Translations under genes and position numbers: made by a program
The notes under the pieces: generated by a model
The model's database searches: none
What the model was told of the DNA's origin: nothing
What the model saw: the letters and a program-made list of their open reading frames with translations, nothing else
In this document: in pieces, positions 29,265 through 38,899 of the stretch
Layout: each line of letters begins with the position of its first letter
Position numbering within the stretch: position 1 is the stretch's first letter
Assembly (NCBI GenBank): GCA_965202905.1
Contig: OZ241868.1
Coordinates: forward strand, 2,524,208 to 2,588,207
Length of the DNA stretch: 64,000 nucleotides
DNA from: Alphaproteobacteria bacterium
GTDB taxonomy: Bacteria > Pseudomonadota > Alphaproteobacteria > MPNO01
Direction of reading: 5' to 3'

Positions 29265-30626
29265 ATGACCGAAGAACCGACCGGAGCGCTCGCGCGCTTC
29301 GCCGCAACGCTCGACTGCGGGGCGATCCCGCCCGCCGCGCGCGAGGCCTGCAAGACGCTGCTGCTCGACGCGCTGGCCTGCGCGCTCGCCGGGCGCCGGG
29401 GCGAGGAGACCGGCCAGATCGGGGCGATGGCCGCCGCTCTCGGCGCCTCGCGCGAGGCGAGCGTGATCGGCGGCGAGGCGCTCTCGCTCGCCGGCGCGGT
29501 GCTGCACAACGGCTACCTGATCACCGCGGCGACGATGTGCGACGTTCACCGCGAGACGCTCTGCCACATCACCCCGGAGATCGTCCCCCCGGCGCTGGCC
29601 GTCGCCGAGCGCGACGGCGCCCCGGGCCGGGCGCTGCTGGCAGCGATTGCGGCCGGATGCGAGGTGGCGACCCGCGTCGGAATCGGCCTCGACTACCCCG
29701 CCTTCCGGGCCAAAGGCTGGCACGCGCCGGGCGTGATCGGGCCGTTCGGCGCGGCGGCCGCGGTGGGCGGGCTGCGGGGCCTCGACGCCTCCGCCATGGC
29801 CAGGGCCTTCGGTCTGGCCGGCAGCCAGTCCGCCGGGACGTTCGCGGCCTGGGGAACGCCCACCGTGAAGTTCCATCAGTGCCGCGCCGCCCTGTCGGGC
29901 CTGATGGCCGCGCTGCTGGCCGAACAGGGGTTCGCGGCGACCGAGGCGTTCCTGACCGCGCCCGACGGCGGGCTCTACGCCGCCTATGCCGAAGGCGGCC
30001 GGCCGGAAGACGCCGCGGCCGGCCTCGGCGCGCGCTGGGAGCTCGAGCGGATCGCCCTGCGGCTATGGCCGGCCGCGGCCGCCTTGCAGGATGTGCTGAC
30101 CGCACTCGCCGCGCTGGAGCCGGTCGCGGTCGACGATATCGAGCAGGTCCGCATCGCGCTCTCCCGCACGCCGTTCGAAATGCATGGCGGGTTCGCGACC
30201 TATGCGGCCAGGTTCGAGGCGCTGCTGTCGGCCCATTACGTCGCCGCGGTCTATCTGCGCGACCGGACCCTCACGCTCGATCAGTTCGAGCCGGCCTGCT
30301 ACGACGACCCGGCGCTGCGCCGCTTCGCCGCCGGGAAGGTCGTCGTCGCCCACGACCCCGCGCTCGCCGGCGGCCAGGCCGCGGTGACGCTCGCCATGAC
30401 GGACGGGCGCGCGCTTTCGGCGCGGTGCGATCACCCGCTGGGCAGCCCCGAAAACCCGCTCCCGCGCGCCCGGATCGAGGACAAGTTCCGCCTCTACGCC
30501 GCGCCGCGCCTCGGCCCCGAGCGCGCCGAGGCCGCGATCGCCGCGATCGAGGGCCTCGAAGACCTTCCCTCGGCCGCGACTCTGATGGAGCTCCTGCGCC
30601 CGCAGCGCGAAGCGCCCGGCCGATGA
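29265..30626 (+). CDS. MmgE/PrpD family protein
   Basis: LLLDALACALAG, DVHRETLCH, GWHAPGVIGPFGAA, GLAGSQSAG, HPLGSPENPL. Confidence 0.88.
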   Translation: MTEEPTGALARFAATLDCGAIPPAAREACKTLLLDALACALAGRRGEETGQIGAMAAALGASREASVIGGEALSLAGAVLHNGYLITAATMCDVHRETLCHITPEIVPPALAVAERDGAPGRALLAAIAAGCEVATRVGIGLDYPAFRAKGWHAPGVIGPFGAAAAVGGLRGLDASAMARAFGLAGSQSAGTFAAWGTPTVKFHQCRAALSGLMAALLAEQGFAATEAFLTAPDGGLYAAYAEGGRPEDAAAGLGARWELERIALRLWPAAAALQDVLTALAALEPVAVDDIEQVRIALSRTPFEMHGGFATYAARFEALLSAHYVAAVYLRDRTLTLDQFEPACYDDPALRRFAAGKVVVAHDPALAGGQAAVTLAMTDGRALSARCDHPLGSPENPLPRARIEDKFRLYAAPRLGPERAEAAIAAIEGLEDLPSAATLMELLRPQREAPGR

Positions 30627-30738
30627 TGCGCGTCATGGTCTCTTCGGCGTCGGCCAAACGGCCCGGATTTACCGCCCCTTCCGCCTTCTTCCCGGCTTCT
30701 TCCGGATTCACGAAGACTTTGGTGATACTCTCGCCGGC

Positions 30739-31890
30739 ATGGCCATGCGCAGACGTCATGCCGAGATCGCCGGGGCGGGATTTGCCGGCCTCGTCGCCGG
30801 CATCGCGCTGTCCCAGCGCGGCTGGTCGGTGCGCATCCATGAGCGCGCCGGGGCGCTGCGGGCGTTCGGCGCCGGGATCTTCATCTGGGAGAACGGGCTG
30901 CGGGTGCTCAAGGCGGTCGGCGGCTATGACGAAATCCTCGCCAACGCGCACGAGAGCGGCATCTACGAGACCCGCGAACGCCGGACGGTGCTCGAGCGGA
31001 AGTCGTTCTCCGCGGGCACCAACGACCGCATGCTGACCATGACGCGCCAGACGCTCTATTCGGCAATTCTGGCCGCCGCCGGGCGCGAGGGGATCGAGAT
31101 CCGCACCGGCTCCGAGGCGATCGGCGCCGAGGCCGACGGCGTGCTGATGACCGCGGACGGCGGCCGGTTTGCCGCGGATCTCATCGTCGGCGCCGACGGC
31201 ATTCATTCCCGCGTCCGCGACTCCCTGAGGTTGCAGAAGGAACGTCACAAGGCCGGGCTCGGGCTGTTGCGGGTGCTGGCGCCGCGCTGCACGGACGAGC
31301 TGGGCGAGGGGCCCTGGGATCGGGTGATCGACATCTTCAACCTGCCCAACCGCTCGCTTCGGATCCTTTACGTTCCGTGCAACCGAGAGGAGGTGTATCT
31401 GGGGATGATGGCGCCGGCCGACGATCCGGAGGCGACCGCCGTGCCGGTGCGGTCCGACATCTGGGCGCCGGCCTTCCCCGAGCTCGAGCCGGTGATCCGC
31501 AACGCCGCGGCGGACGGCCGCTACGACGCCTACGAAACCGGCAAGCTGACGCGCTGGGCCGCCGGCCGGGTCGCGATCGTGGGCGATTCGGCCCATGCCA
31601 TGGCGCCCTCCCTCGGCCAGGGCGCGGGGATCGCGATGGCCAACGCCCTGGCGCTCGCCGTGGCGCTGGAGGAGACCCCCGATATCGCCGCCGCGCTCGC
31701 CCGTTGGGAGACCCGCGAGCGCCCGATGACCGAGTACACGCAGGACCGGTCGGCCAAGGTCGCCCGCGACCGACTGCGCAACGGCGGCCGGATCTGGTCG
31801 GAGGACTCGATCGCGCCCGCCCGCTCGATCCCCACCGGCACCGCGCACCTGCCGCGCGTCCTGGACGGACCGGCGCACGTCCAGGCGTGA
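30739..31890 (+). CDS. FAD-dependent monooxygenase resembling 2-methyl-3-hydroxypyridine-5-carboxylate oxygenase (MHPCO)
   Basis: HAEIAGAGFAGL, LRAFGAGIFIWENGLRVL, ADLIVGADG, RILYVPCNREEVYLGMMAPADDP, GDSAHAMAPSLGQGAG; closely parallels the recalled MHPCO sequence. Confidence 0.75.
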   Translation: MAMRRRHAEIAGAGFAGLVAGIALSQRGWSVRIHERAGALRAFGAGIFIWENGLRVLKAVGGYDEILANAHESGIYETRERRTVLERKSFSAGTNDRMLTMTRQTLYSAILAAAGREGIEIRTGSEAIGAEADGVLMTADGGRFAADLIVGADGIHSRVRDSLRLQKERHKAGLGLLRVLAPRCTDELGEGPWDRVIDIFNLPNRSLRILYVPCNREEVYLGMMAPADDPEATAVPVRSDIWAPAFPELEPVIRNAAADGRYDAYETGKLTRWAAGRVAIVGDSAHAMAPSLGQGAGIAMANALALAVALEETPDIAAALARWETRERPMTEYTQDRSAKVARDRLRNGGRIWSEDSIAPARSIPTGTAHLPRVLDGPAHVQA

Positions 31891-31928
31891 AGCCGTACCC
31901 GCGCGGTCACGGACTTCTCCTTGCCTGC

Positions 31929-32699
31929 TCAGACCGACCGGTAGCCGCCGTCGGCCATCACGATCCCGCCGGTGACGTAGCCGGAGAGATCCGAGGCCAG
32001 GAAGACGGCCGGGCCGACGATGTCTTCCGGCTTGCCGGTCCGCCGCAGCGGGGTGTGGTCGAGGAAGATGTCGATCAGCTCGGGATGGTCGGCGCGCGCC
32101 CGGGCGTTGAGCGGGGTCTCGATCAGGCCCGGCCCGATGGCGTTGACCCGCACCCCGTCTTTGCCGAGCTCGGCCGCCAGCGCGCGGGTGAACCCCAGCA
32201 CGCCGTGCTTGGAGGTGGTGTAGGCCAGCGAGTTCGGCGTGCGCACGTGGACGAAAGACTGGATGGAGCCGATATTGATCACCCGGCCGCGCGTGGCGCG
32301 GAGCTGGTCGAGGAAGGCGTGGGTGACGTTGAACATGCCGTTGAGGTTGACCGACATGATCTCGTCCCACTCCCGGGTCACGGCCTGCCGGTCGCCCGTG
32401 AACGGGGTCCTGCGGTTGATCCCGGCGTTGTTCACCAGGATCGTGATCTCGCCGATGGTCTCGGCGACCTGCCGCGCCACATCGCCGCACATCGCGCGGT
32501 CGCCGACATCGAGCGCGATGCAGTGGGCGCGGTGGCCGGCGTCCTCGATCTCCTGCCGGACGGCGCCCGCGGCCCCGGCATTCGCATCGAGGATCACGAT
32601 CTCCGCGCCGTGCCCGGCATAGCCCGCGGCGATGGCGCGTCCGATCCCCGATCCGCCGCCGGTGACTACCGCGCGATGCCCCTCCAGCAATCCGCCCAT
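31929..32699 (-). CDS. SDR family oxidoreductase
   Basis: TGGGSGIG, VNNAG, YTTSK, VNAIGPG. Confidence 0.9.
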   Translation of the reverse strand: MGGLLEGHRAVVTGGGSGIGRAIAAGYAGHGAEIVILDANAGAAGAVRQEIEDAGHRAHCIALDVGDRAMCGDVARQVAETIGEITILVNNAGINRRTPFTGDRQAVTREWDEIMSVNLNGMFNVTHAFLDQLRATRGRVINIGSIQSFVHVRTPNSLAYTTSKHGVLGFTRALAAELGKDGVRVNAIGPGLIETPLNARARADHPELIDIFLDHTPLRRTGKPEDIVGPAVFLASDLSGYVTGGIVMADGGYRSV

Positions 32700-32794
32700 C
32701 CCGTCCTCCTGTTCGCTGACCGGCCCGGTCGGAGACTACCGCTACCGGGCGGGGCGCGGAAGCGTGCGGGACGACGGGAGAGCGCCGCCGGGCC

Positions 32795-33010
32795 TCAGCC
32801 GGGCATCAGCGTGTCGACCTCCTCGTCGGCGGGAAAGCGGCCGGTGGCAAGCTTGGAGAACGCAAGCTCGCCGTCGCGGACGATCTCGAACGCGCCGTGC
32901 GCGCCCGGGGCGATCTCCGCCTCGGCGCCTCTGGTCCGCAGCCGGTCCCTCACACGGAGGGCGCGGGGCTTGTAGTTTCAGGCCACGCAGTATTCGATCC
33001 GGAACTTCAT
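32795..33010 (-). CDS. Rdx (SelW/SelT/SelH-like) selenoprotein, CxxU, with in-frame UGA; absent from the ORF track
   Basis: MKFRIEYCVA-U(TGA, 32978-32980)-NYKPRALRVRDRL…GAFEIVRDGELAFSKLATGRFPADEEV; 71 aa with the typical Rdx C-terminal motif. Confidence 0.9.
32947..32961 (-). promoter_or_regulatory. Candidate bacterial SECIS upper stem-loop
   Basis: CCCTC-CGTGT-GAGGG hairpin starting 16 nt after the UGA, with G/U in the loop. Confidence 0.55.
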
Positions 33011-33040
33011 GTCTGTCCCCATTTCTGTCCCCGTGGCGGT

Positions 33041-34090
33041 TCAGGCAAAGGCCGGCATCACCTCGCCGGCGAAACGGCTCATCATCTGCGGGTAGGACTG
33101 AATGCCGGCGAGCAGAATGTACTCGATGCCGCCATTGCCGAGTTGGCGGATGCGCTCGACGATCTCGTCCGGCGTGCCGATCAGGGCGCCGCGCTCGGCG
33201 GCCTTGCGCAGGTCGGGGTCGGACGCCATCGACGAGACATAGCTGCCGTCCGCGGTCCGCGCGAGCCGGTTCATCCGTTCCAGCGCGTCGATCCGCCTGG
33301 CGATCGCGTCGTCGCGCTCGTCCTCGCTGTCGATGATGTCGACCGCGCGGGCCAGCGCGACCGTCATCGGATCGAAGACCCTGCCGGCGGCCTCGACCGC
33401 GTCGCGATAGATATGGAAGCGCTCCAGCGCCACCTCGAAGGTCGCGAACTGGTCGAGCAGCAGCGAATAGCCGTCCCCGGCCGCCTTGCGCAGCGAGTCC
33501 GGGCGGCCGGCCGCGAGCCATAGCGGCGGGTGCGGCCGCTGCACCGGCGACGGCTCGACGACAATGTCCTCGAAATCCCAGCGCTCCGAGTGCCAGGAGA
33601 ACCGTTCCTCGGCGACGAAGGCCTTGCGGATCAGCCCCATCGACTCCTCGAATCGCTCGCCCGCCTCCTCCAGGGGCACACAGAAGCCGTGGAACTCGTT
33701 CGGCCGGTAGCCCTTGCCGACGCCGAAATCCAGCCGCCCGTTCGACAGCAGATCGACGGTCGCGGCCTGTTCGGCGAGCAGAACCGGGTTGTGCCAGGGC
33801 ACCACGATCACCGCCGTGCCGAGCCGGATCGTCGAGGTCTTGGCGGCCAGATAGGTCAGCAGGTTGAGCGAGGCCGATACCTGGGCCGCCCCGGTGAAAT
33901 GATGCTCGACCAGGAAGATCGAGTGATAGCCCATGGACTCGGCAGACTGGATCGCGGCGACGAACTCGTCATAGGCGTGGCTGTCGTCGGAGACCGCCAT
34001 CTTGTAGCGATCTGCCGCGCCGGCCCAACGCGAGGCCGCATCCGCGCTCTGGCCCCGGGCGGTGGCGCCGCCGAACATCCCGAACTTCAT
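33041..34090 (-). CDS. LLM-class flavin-dependent oxidoreductase
   Basis: FLVEHHF, TIRLGTAV, SNGRLDFGVGKGY, PHPPLWLA. Confidence 0.9.
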   Translation of the reverse strand: MKFGMFGGATARGQSADAASRWAGAADRYKMAVSDDSHAYDEFVAAIQSAESMGYHSIFLVEHHFTGAAQVSASLNLLTYLAAKTSTIRLGTAVIVVPWHNPVLLAEQAATVDLLSNGRLDFGVGKGYRPNEFHGFCVPLEEAGERFEESMGLIRKAFVAEERFSWHSERWDFEDIVVEPSPVQRPHPPLWLAAGRPDSLRKAAGDGYSLLLDQFATFEVALERFHIYRDAVEAAGRVFDPMTVALARAVDIIDSEDERDDAIARRIDALERMNRLARTADGSYVSSMASDPDLRKAAERGALIGTPDEIVERIRQLGNGGIEYILLAGIQSYPQMMSRFAGEVMPAFA

Positions 34091-34240
34091 GAACGCATCC
34101 TCTTCAAGGCGCCTTGTCCGTCTCCGGTTCGCATCCGGCCCAGCCTGGCGGGCATCGCCGCGCGCGGCAAGTCAAACCGTGGGCGAGAAAGCCGCGGATA
34201 TGCGATAGTCGCCCGATCCGCAATATCAGGAGGCCTCAGG

Positions 34241-34750
34241 ATGCTGCCCATGCCGATTGCCGATCTGAACGCGATTGCCGAGGACCTCGCCGCAACCGGC
34301 CAACGGGTGCGCGTCCTGTGGCAGCGGCCCGACACGCTGGCCTTCGTTGCGCGCGGCCGGGAGTATCGCAGCGAGTTCCACATCAACCCGTCCGACGAGG
34401 TGATGTACATGATCCGCGGCGAGATGAACCTCCATTTCCGCACGCCCGAGGGCAAGGAGGACGTCTCGGTGCTCAAGGAAGGTTCGGCGATCTACACCGC
34501 ATCCGGCGTGCCCCATTCGCCGCGCTTCCCTCCCGACGCCTTCCTGCTGGTCATGGAGCGCCAGCGCATGCCGGGCGAGGTGGACCTGTTTCAGTGGTTC
34601 TGCCCCGAATGCGACGAACTCCTGCACGAGATCGACTTCGTGGTCGAGGACTACACCCTCGACCCGGTCTCCAAGGCCTACGCCCGGTTCTTCGAGTCCG
34701 AGGAAGCGCGGCGCTGCACGGCCTGCGGCAACGTGACGCCCGCGCCCTGA
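34241..34750 (+). CDS. 3-hydroxyanthranilate 3,4-dioxygenase-like cupin
   Basis: RSEFHINPSDE…VPHSPR…MERQR…WFCPEC…CTACG (Fe ligands plus a rubredoxin-like Cys4); RBS AGGAGG. Confidence 0.8.
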   Translation: MLPMPIADLNAIAEDLAATGQRVRVLWQRPDTLAFVARGREYRSEFHINPSDEVMYMIRGEMNLHFRTPEGKEDVSVLKEGSAIYTASGVPHSPRFPPDAFLLVMERQRMPGEVDLFQWFCPECDELLHEIDFVVEDYTLDPVSKAYARFFESEEARRCTACGNVTPAP

Positions 34751-34777
34751 GCGGGAAGACAAAGAGGAGGACGCCCG

Positions 34778-35185
34778 ATGGCGCCCAAAGAGATCATCAC
34801 CTCGGCCAGCGCGCCGACCACCGGATTCTCCGATAAGGCGACGCCCTCGCCGCTCGCCCAGGCGATCCGTTTCGGCAACATGCTGTTCGTCTCCGGCCAG
34901 GGCGCGCTCGACCCCGAGACCCGCACGGTGATCGACGGCGACATCGAGGCGCAGACCCGCCAGACGCTCGCCAATCTGGAGAGCGTCCTGAAGACCGCCG
35001 GCGCGACGATGGCCAATGTGGTCAACATGCGGGTGTGCCTGCGCGACACCGCGGATTTTCCGCGGTTCAACGCGGCGTTCACGCACTACATGGCCGGCGA
35101 GAAGGTCACCCGGACCTGCATCGGCGGTACGCCGCACCGCGCCGGCGTCAATGTCGAGATAGACTGCGTGGCGATGTTCGACTGA
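34778..35185 (+). CDS. RidA/YjgF family protein (possible 2-aminomuconate deaminase)
   Basis: LFVSGQGALDP, QTRQTLANL, RTCIG, VEIDCVA. Confidence 0.88.
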   Translation: MAPKEIITSASAPTTGFSDKATPSPLAQAIRFGNMLFVSGQGALDPETRTVIDGDIEAQTRQTLANLESVLKTAGATMANVVNMRVCLRDTADFPRFNAAFTHYMAGEKVTRTCIGGTPHRAGVNVEIDCVAMFD

Positions 35186-35327
35186 GCCTGGGCCGCAGCC
35201 GACCGATCGAAGGCCGCGTCCGCCCGGAGAACCGCCGCTATCGCCGCTCGGGACAGCAACGAAGCGCGGCGATTCCCGTCCGGGCCCGTGTCTCGTCTCA
35301 CGCGCGCTGCCGGGAGCGCATCGGCCG

Positions 35328-36353
35328 TCACCTCGCCACCCACTTGTCGCCCGGCTGGAAGGCGACGGGGATTTCGCGCCCGACCTCGCGATAATACCGT
35401 TCGGCGCCCGGATGCAGCTTGCCGGGCACGACCTCGAGCGCGGCGTCGAGGTTGATGACCTTCTTCATCCAGGGCGCGGCGGCGTGGACCTCCTCGATGT
35501 GCTCCCAGAACGCCTTGGTCATGACGTAAACCTTCTCCGCCGGCATGCTCGCCCGGACGCTCAGCCCGACCAGAGCGCCCAGCGTCGGTGCCGGCCGGTC
35601 GTTGACCTGGTTCGGTCCGTAGGCATCGGCCGGGATCTGCCGCCTGGTGCGGCCCGGTGTCCGCAAGAGCTTGCCCTGCCTGGAGAGATCGACTTCGAGC
35701 AGACGGATCTTGTTCTGCAATGCGATCTGCTGGATTGCCGGGCTTGGCGGATTAGCCGGAACCACCAGAAGGTCGAACTTCTTGTCCTGGAAGGCCTGGA
35801 TGGCGGCCGACCAGCTCATGTTGACCTTCTTGTAGTCCTTGCCGTCCTTGTAGCCCGCCTGGCTGTCGATCATCGTCCGGACGATCCGCGTCGCGGCGCC
35901 GCCGGGCGGGCCGATGAAGACGTTACGGCCCTTGATGTCGGCGATCTTCCTGATGCCCGAGCTGGCGTAGGTGACGTAGGTGTAGGGACCCAACTCGTAG
36001 GTGAAGATGTGCGCGACCTTCTTCACCAGTTCGGGGCCGTTCTTGACCTTCCTGAAAGGGCCGGCCTGTTTGTGCATCAGCATCACGCCGATCGGCGAAC
36101 CCATGAAGAAGTCCATCTTGCCCTGCGCCGTGAGCAGCATGTGACGCATGCCGGTCCCGGTCGCGGAGATCTGGATCCTGGTGTCGGGCACATACTTGTT
36201 CACCACGTTGGCGAAGGCTGTGTTGATGGTGAACGGCGACATGCCGGGCGCCAGGCTTCCCAGCTTGTAGAACTCCACGGCGCCGGCTTGCCCCGCCGAC
36301 AGCGCGACGGCCGCCGCGGCGACCAGGATCGTCTTCCGGTTCTGCGTGGTCAT
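35328..36353 (-). CDS. TAXI family TRAP solute-binding protein
   Basis: Signal peptide; FIGPPGGA; LHPGAERYYRE. Confidence 0.88.
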   Translation of the reverse strand: MTTQNRKTILVAAAAVALSAGQAGAVEFYKLGSLAPGMSPFTINTAFANVVNKYVPDTRIQISATGTGMRHMLLTAQGKMDFFMGSPIGVMLMHKQAGPFRKVKNGPELVKKVAHIFTYELGPYTYVTYASSGIRKIADIKGRNVFIGPPGGAATRIVRTMIDSQAGYKDGKDYKKVNMSWSAAIQAFQDKKFDLLVVPANPPSPAIQQIALQNKIRLLEVDLSRQGKLLRTPGRTRRQIPADAYGPNQVNDRPAPTLGALVGLSVRASMPAEKVYVMTKAFWEHIEEVHAAAPWMKKVINLDAALEVVPGKLHPGAERYYREVGREIPVAFQPGDKWVAR

Positions 36354-36411
36354 GGTCCTCTCCTCCCCAGTGTCAGTCGCTGTGTCGGTCCCGGTTCGAC
36401 GAAACGGGCCC

Positions 36412-38307
36412 TCATGCGTCCGCCCGCCGACCCTCGGCCGGCGACCGGCGGAAGCGGTCGATGCCGTAGAGCGCGACACAGGCCGCGAAACCGCCGATCT
36501 CCAGAGTCGGATCCGGCAACAATATTACAATTCCCGCCGCAAGGCGCGCGATCCGCAAGGCGTTCGCGATACGCCCGCGCGTGTCATAGCCGGCAAAGCC
36601 CGTGGCGATCATCCAGACCGCCGCCAACAGCCTGACGATGACCCAGACGAAGGCGCCGGGCTCGAAGCTCTCGACGAGCAGAAGCGACGGGTTGAAGGCG
36701 AAGACGAACGGGATCAGAAAGCCCACGAGCGAGATCCTGAGCGACTGCATCGCGGTCTCCAGCGGGCGCGAGCCGGCGATCGGCGCCGCGGCATAGGCAG
36801 CCAGCGCGACCGGCGGGGTGACCGAGGAAAGCACGCCGAAATAGAGCACGAACATGTGCACCGTCAGGACCGAAAGGCCGAGCTTGACGATCGCCGGCCC
36901 CATGATCAAGACGATGATCAGATAGGCCGGCAGGGTCGGCAGGCCCATGCCGAGGATCAGCGAGCCCACCATTACCAGCAGCAGGGCCAGGAACAGGCTG
37001 CCGTCGCCGACCGACTCCAGGAGCGAGGCGAATCCGATCGCCACGCCGGTCTCGTTGACGACGCCCAGGATGATTCCGATCGTGCCGACGGCGACCATGA
37101 TGCGCGCGGCCTGATAGCCGCCCGAGGCAAGCGGCTTCAGGAGGCGCTGCGGCCGGCGGCGGATGTCGCCGTCCATCGCCAGGCCGACCGCGATCGCGGC
37201 GATCAGGGCGACGAAGCCGGCCATCGCCGGCGACCGGCCGACGATGAGCACGGCCATCAACGCGACGATCGGCAGGACGAAGCGCAGCGACTGCACCCAG
37301 TCCGCGCGCGTAAGGGACTCGCGCTCCTCCTTCGCGATCGGCTCGATGCCGAGCCGGACCGCCTCGGTATAGACCTGGGCGAAGATGCCGAGATACTTGA
37401 AGATTGCCGGCAGCAGCGCGGCCGCGCAGATCGTCAGATATGGCGTGCCGGTGAGTTCGGCCATCAGGAAGGCGGCCGCGGCCATCACCGGCGGCGTAAC
37501 CTGGCCGCCGCTCGAGGCCGCCGCCTCGACCGCGCCGGCGAAGGCGGGCGAAAAGCCGCGCTTCCTGATCATCGGGATGGTGAAGACCCCGGTGCCGACC
37601 ACATTGGCCATCACGCTGCCCGACATGGTGCCGAACAGGGCGCTGGCGACGATGGCGGCATGGGCAGGGCCGCCCCGGATCGCGGCCGTCGCGGTCATCG
37701 ACACCCGGAGCAGGATCGCGCCGGCGCCGGTCTCTTCCAGCATGGCGCCGAAGACGACGAAAATCAGCACCACGCCCGCGACGATCCCCGTCGGGCGCCC
37801 GAAGACGCCATCGAAGCTGTGCCAGGTGGTGCGGATGATCTCCACCAGATCGATGCCGGCGTGCTGCAGGAACCAGGGCAGCGACTGGCCGAGGAGCGCG
37901 TAGCCGAGGAACAGAATCGCGACCAGCGCAAGCGGCGGCCCGAAGGTGCGCCGCGTCAGCTCCAGCGTCACCAGGAGGCCGAAATAGCCGGTCGCGATGT
38001 CGATGGTCTCGAACTCGAAGACGCCGTCCCACAGGCGCTCGCTGGTGATCAGGAACCAGTAGATGACGAACAGGAACCCGAACAACAGGGTGGCGTCGAC
38101 CGCCCAGAGCAGCGCCTTCGCGGGACGCGGCGCGCCGGGGTAGCGCAGCGCCAGGGGCTCGCTCAACAGCACGATCACCACGCCGAAGCCGATCGCCGCG
38201 GTGCGCACGGTGTTCTCGTCGACCAGCGCGATCCCGGCGACGTAGCAAATCAGGGCGGCGAAGATAAAGGACAACGCGCGCGCCGCGCCCGACGATACCG
38301 TCGTCAT
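36412..38307 (-). CDS. TRAP fused 4TM/12TM permease (TAXI type)
   Basis: ASSGGQVTPPVMAAAAF, LGMGLPTLPAY, SSVTPPVALAAYAAA. Confidence 0.9.
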   Translation of the reverse strand: MTTVSSGAARALSFIFAALICYVAGIALVDENTVRTAAIGFGVVIVLLSEPLALRYPGAPRPAKALLWAVDATLLFGFLFVIYWFLITSERLWDGVFEFETIDIATGYFGLLVTLELTRRTFGPPLALVAILFLGYALLGQSLPWFLQHAGIDLVEIIRTTWHSFDGVFGRPTGIVAGVVLIFVVFGAMLEETGAGAILLRVSMTATAAIRGGPAHAAIVASALFGTMSGSVMANVVGTGVFTIPMIRKRGFSPAFAGAVEAAASSGGQVTPPVMAAAAFLMAELTGTPYLTICAAALLPAIFKYLGIFAQVYTEAVRLGIEPIAKEERESLTRADWVQSLRFVLPIVALMAVLIVGRSPAMAGFVALIAAIAVGLAMDGDIRRRPQRLLKPLASGGYQAARIMVAVGTIGIILGVVNETGVAIGFASLLESVGDGSLFLALLLVMVGSLILGMGLPTLPAYLIIVLIMGPAIVKLGLSVLTVHMFVLYFGVLSSVTPPVALAAYAAAPIAGSRPLETAMQSLRISLVGFLIPFVFAFNPSLLLVESFEPGAFVWVIVRLLAAVWMIATGFAGYDTRGRIANALRIARLAAGIVILLPDPTLEIGGFAACVALYGIDRFRRSPAEGRRADA

Positions 38308-38510
38308 CGACTCCACCCGGACGCTCTCCCCGGTCCGCCACGCCGCCGCCGGCCATTTGCCGGGCCGACTCGTTCGGATCAAGGATGGCGGCCGGTGAGC
38401 CGGCTGTCATCCGCAATCTCGCACCGCAATCCCGCCATTAAACGGGTCGGCCGGCCGCATCATTCTGCAGCCTCGCAACGCAGTGAGCCGGGCGGGCGGC
38501 ATGAGCTGCA

Positions 38511-38650
38511 CCACGGACTTTCCGCGGTTCAACGCGGCGTTCACGCACTACATGGCCGGCGAGAAGGCCACCCGAACCTGCATCGGCGGCGCGCCGCCCC
38601 GCGCCGGCATCAATGTCGAGATCGACTGCGTGGCGATGTTCGACTGAGCC
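38511..38650 (+). repeat. Duplicated 3' end of the ridA gene (copy of about 35051-35190)
   Basis: …TTCCGCGGTTCAACGCGGCGTTCACGCACTACATGGCCGGCGAGAAG…GCGATGTTCGACTGAGCC occurs in both places. Confidence 0.92.
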
Positions 38651-38734
38651 TCGGAGGCCGCCACGGACATGGTCTTGAGACGTTATACTTCATGTTGCCC
38701 GCCGGCCGGTGAGTAGAATGAGCGCGCGCGCCGG

Positions 38735-38870
38735 GAACGGGGCGACATGACGGAGACGGACGCCTCGCCAGTAACCAAATCGCCGGGCGCAGAAACTGAG
38801 AGATGGCTACATCGCTCCTTTGACGTCACAACGATGTAAGGCGCAATTCGCGATTCGCAGGCTTGGGATA
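38735..38870 (+). pseudogene. Possible A8-type precursor remnant
   Basis: RERGDMTETDASPVTKSPGAETERWLHRSFDVTTM*, followed by TGTAAGGCGCAATTCGCGAT, the same flank as after A8 (about 10980-11000). No WTRP motif. Confidence 0.4.
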
Positions 38871-38899
38871 GAGACGGCGGCGGACCGGCCGGGCCTCGA

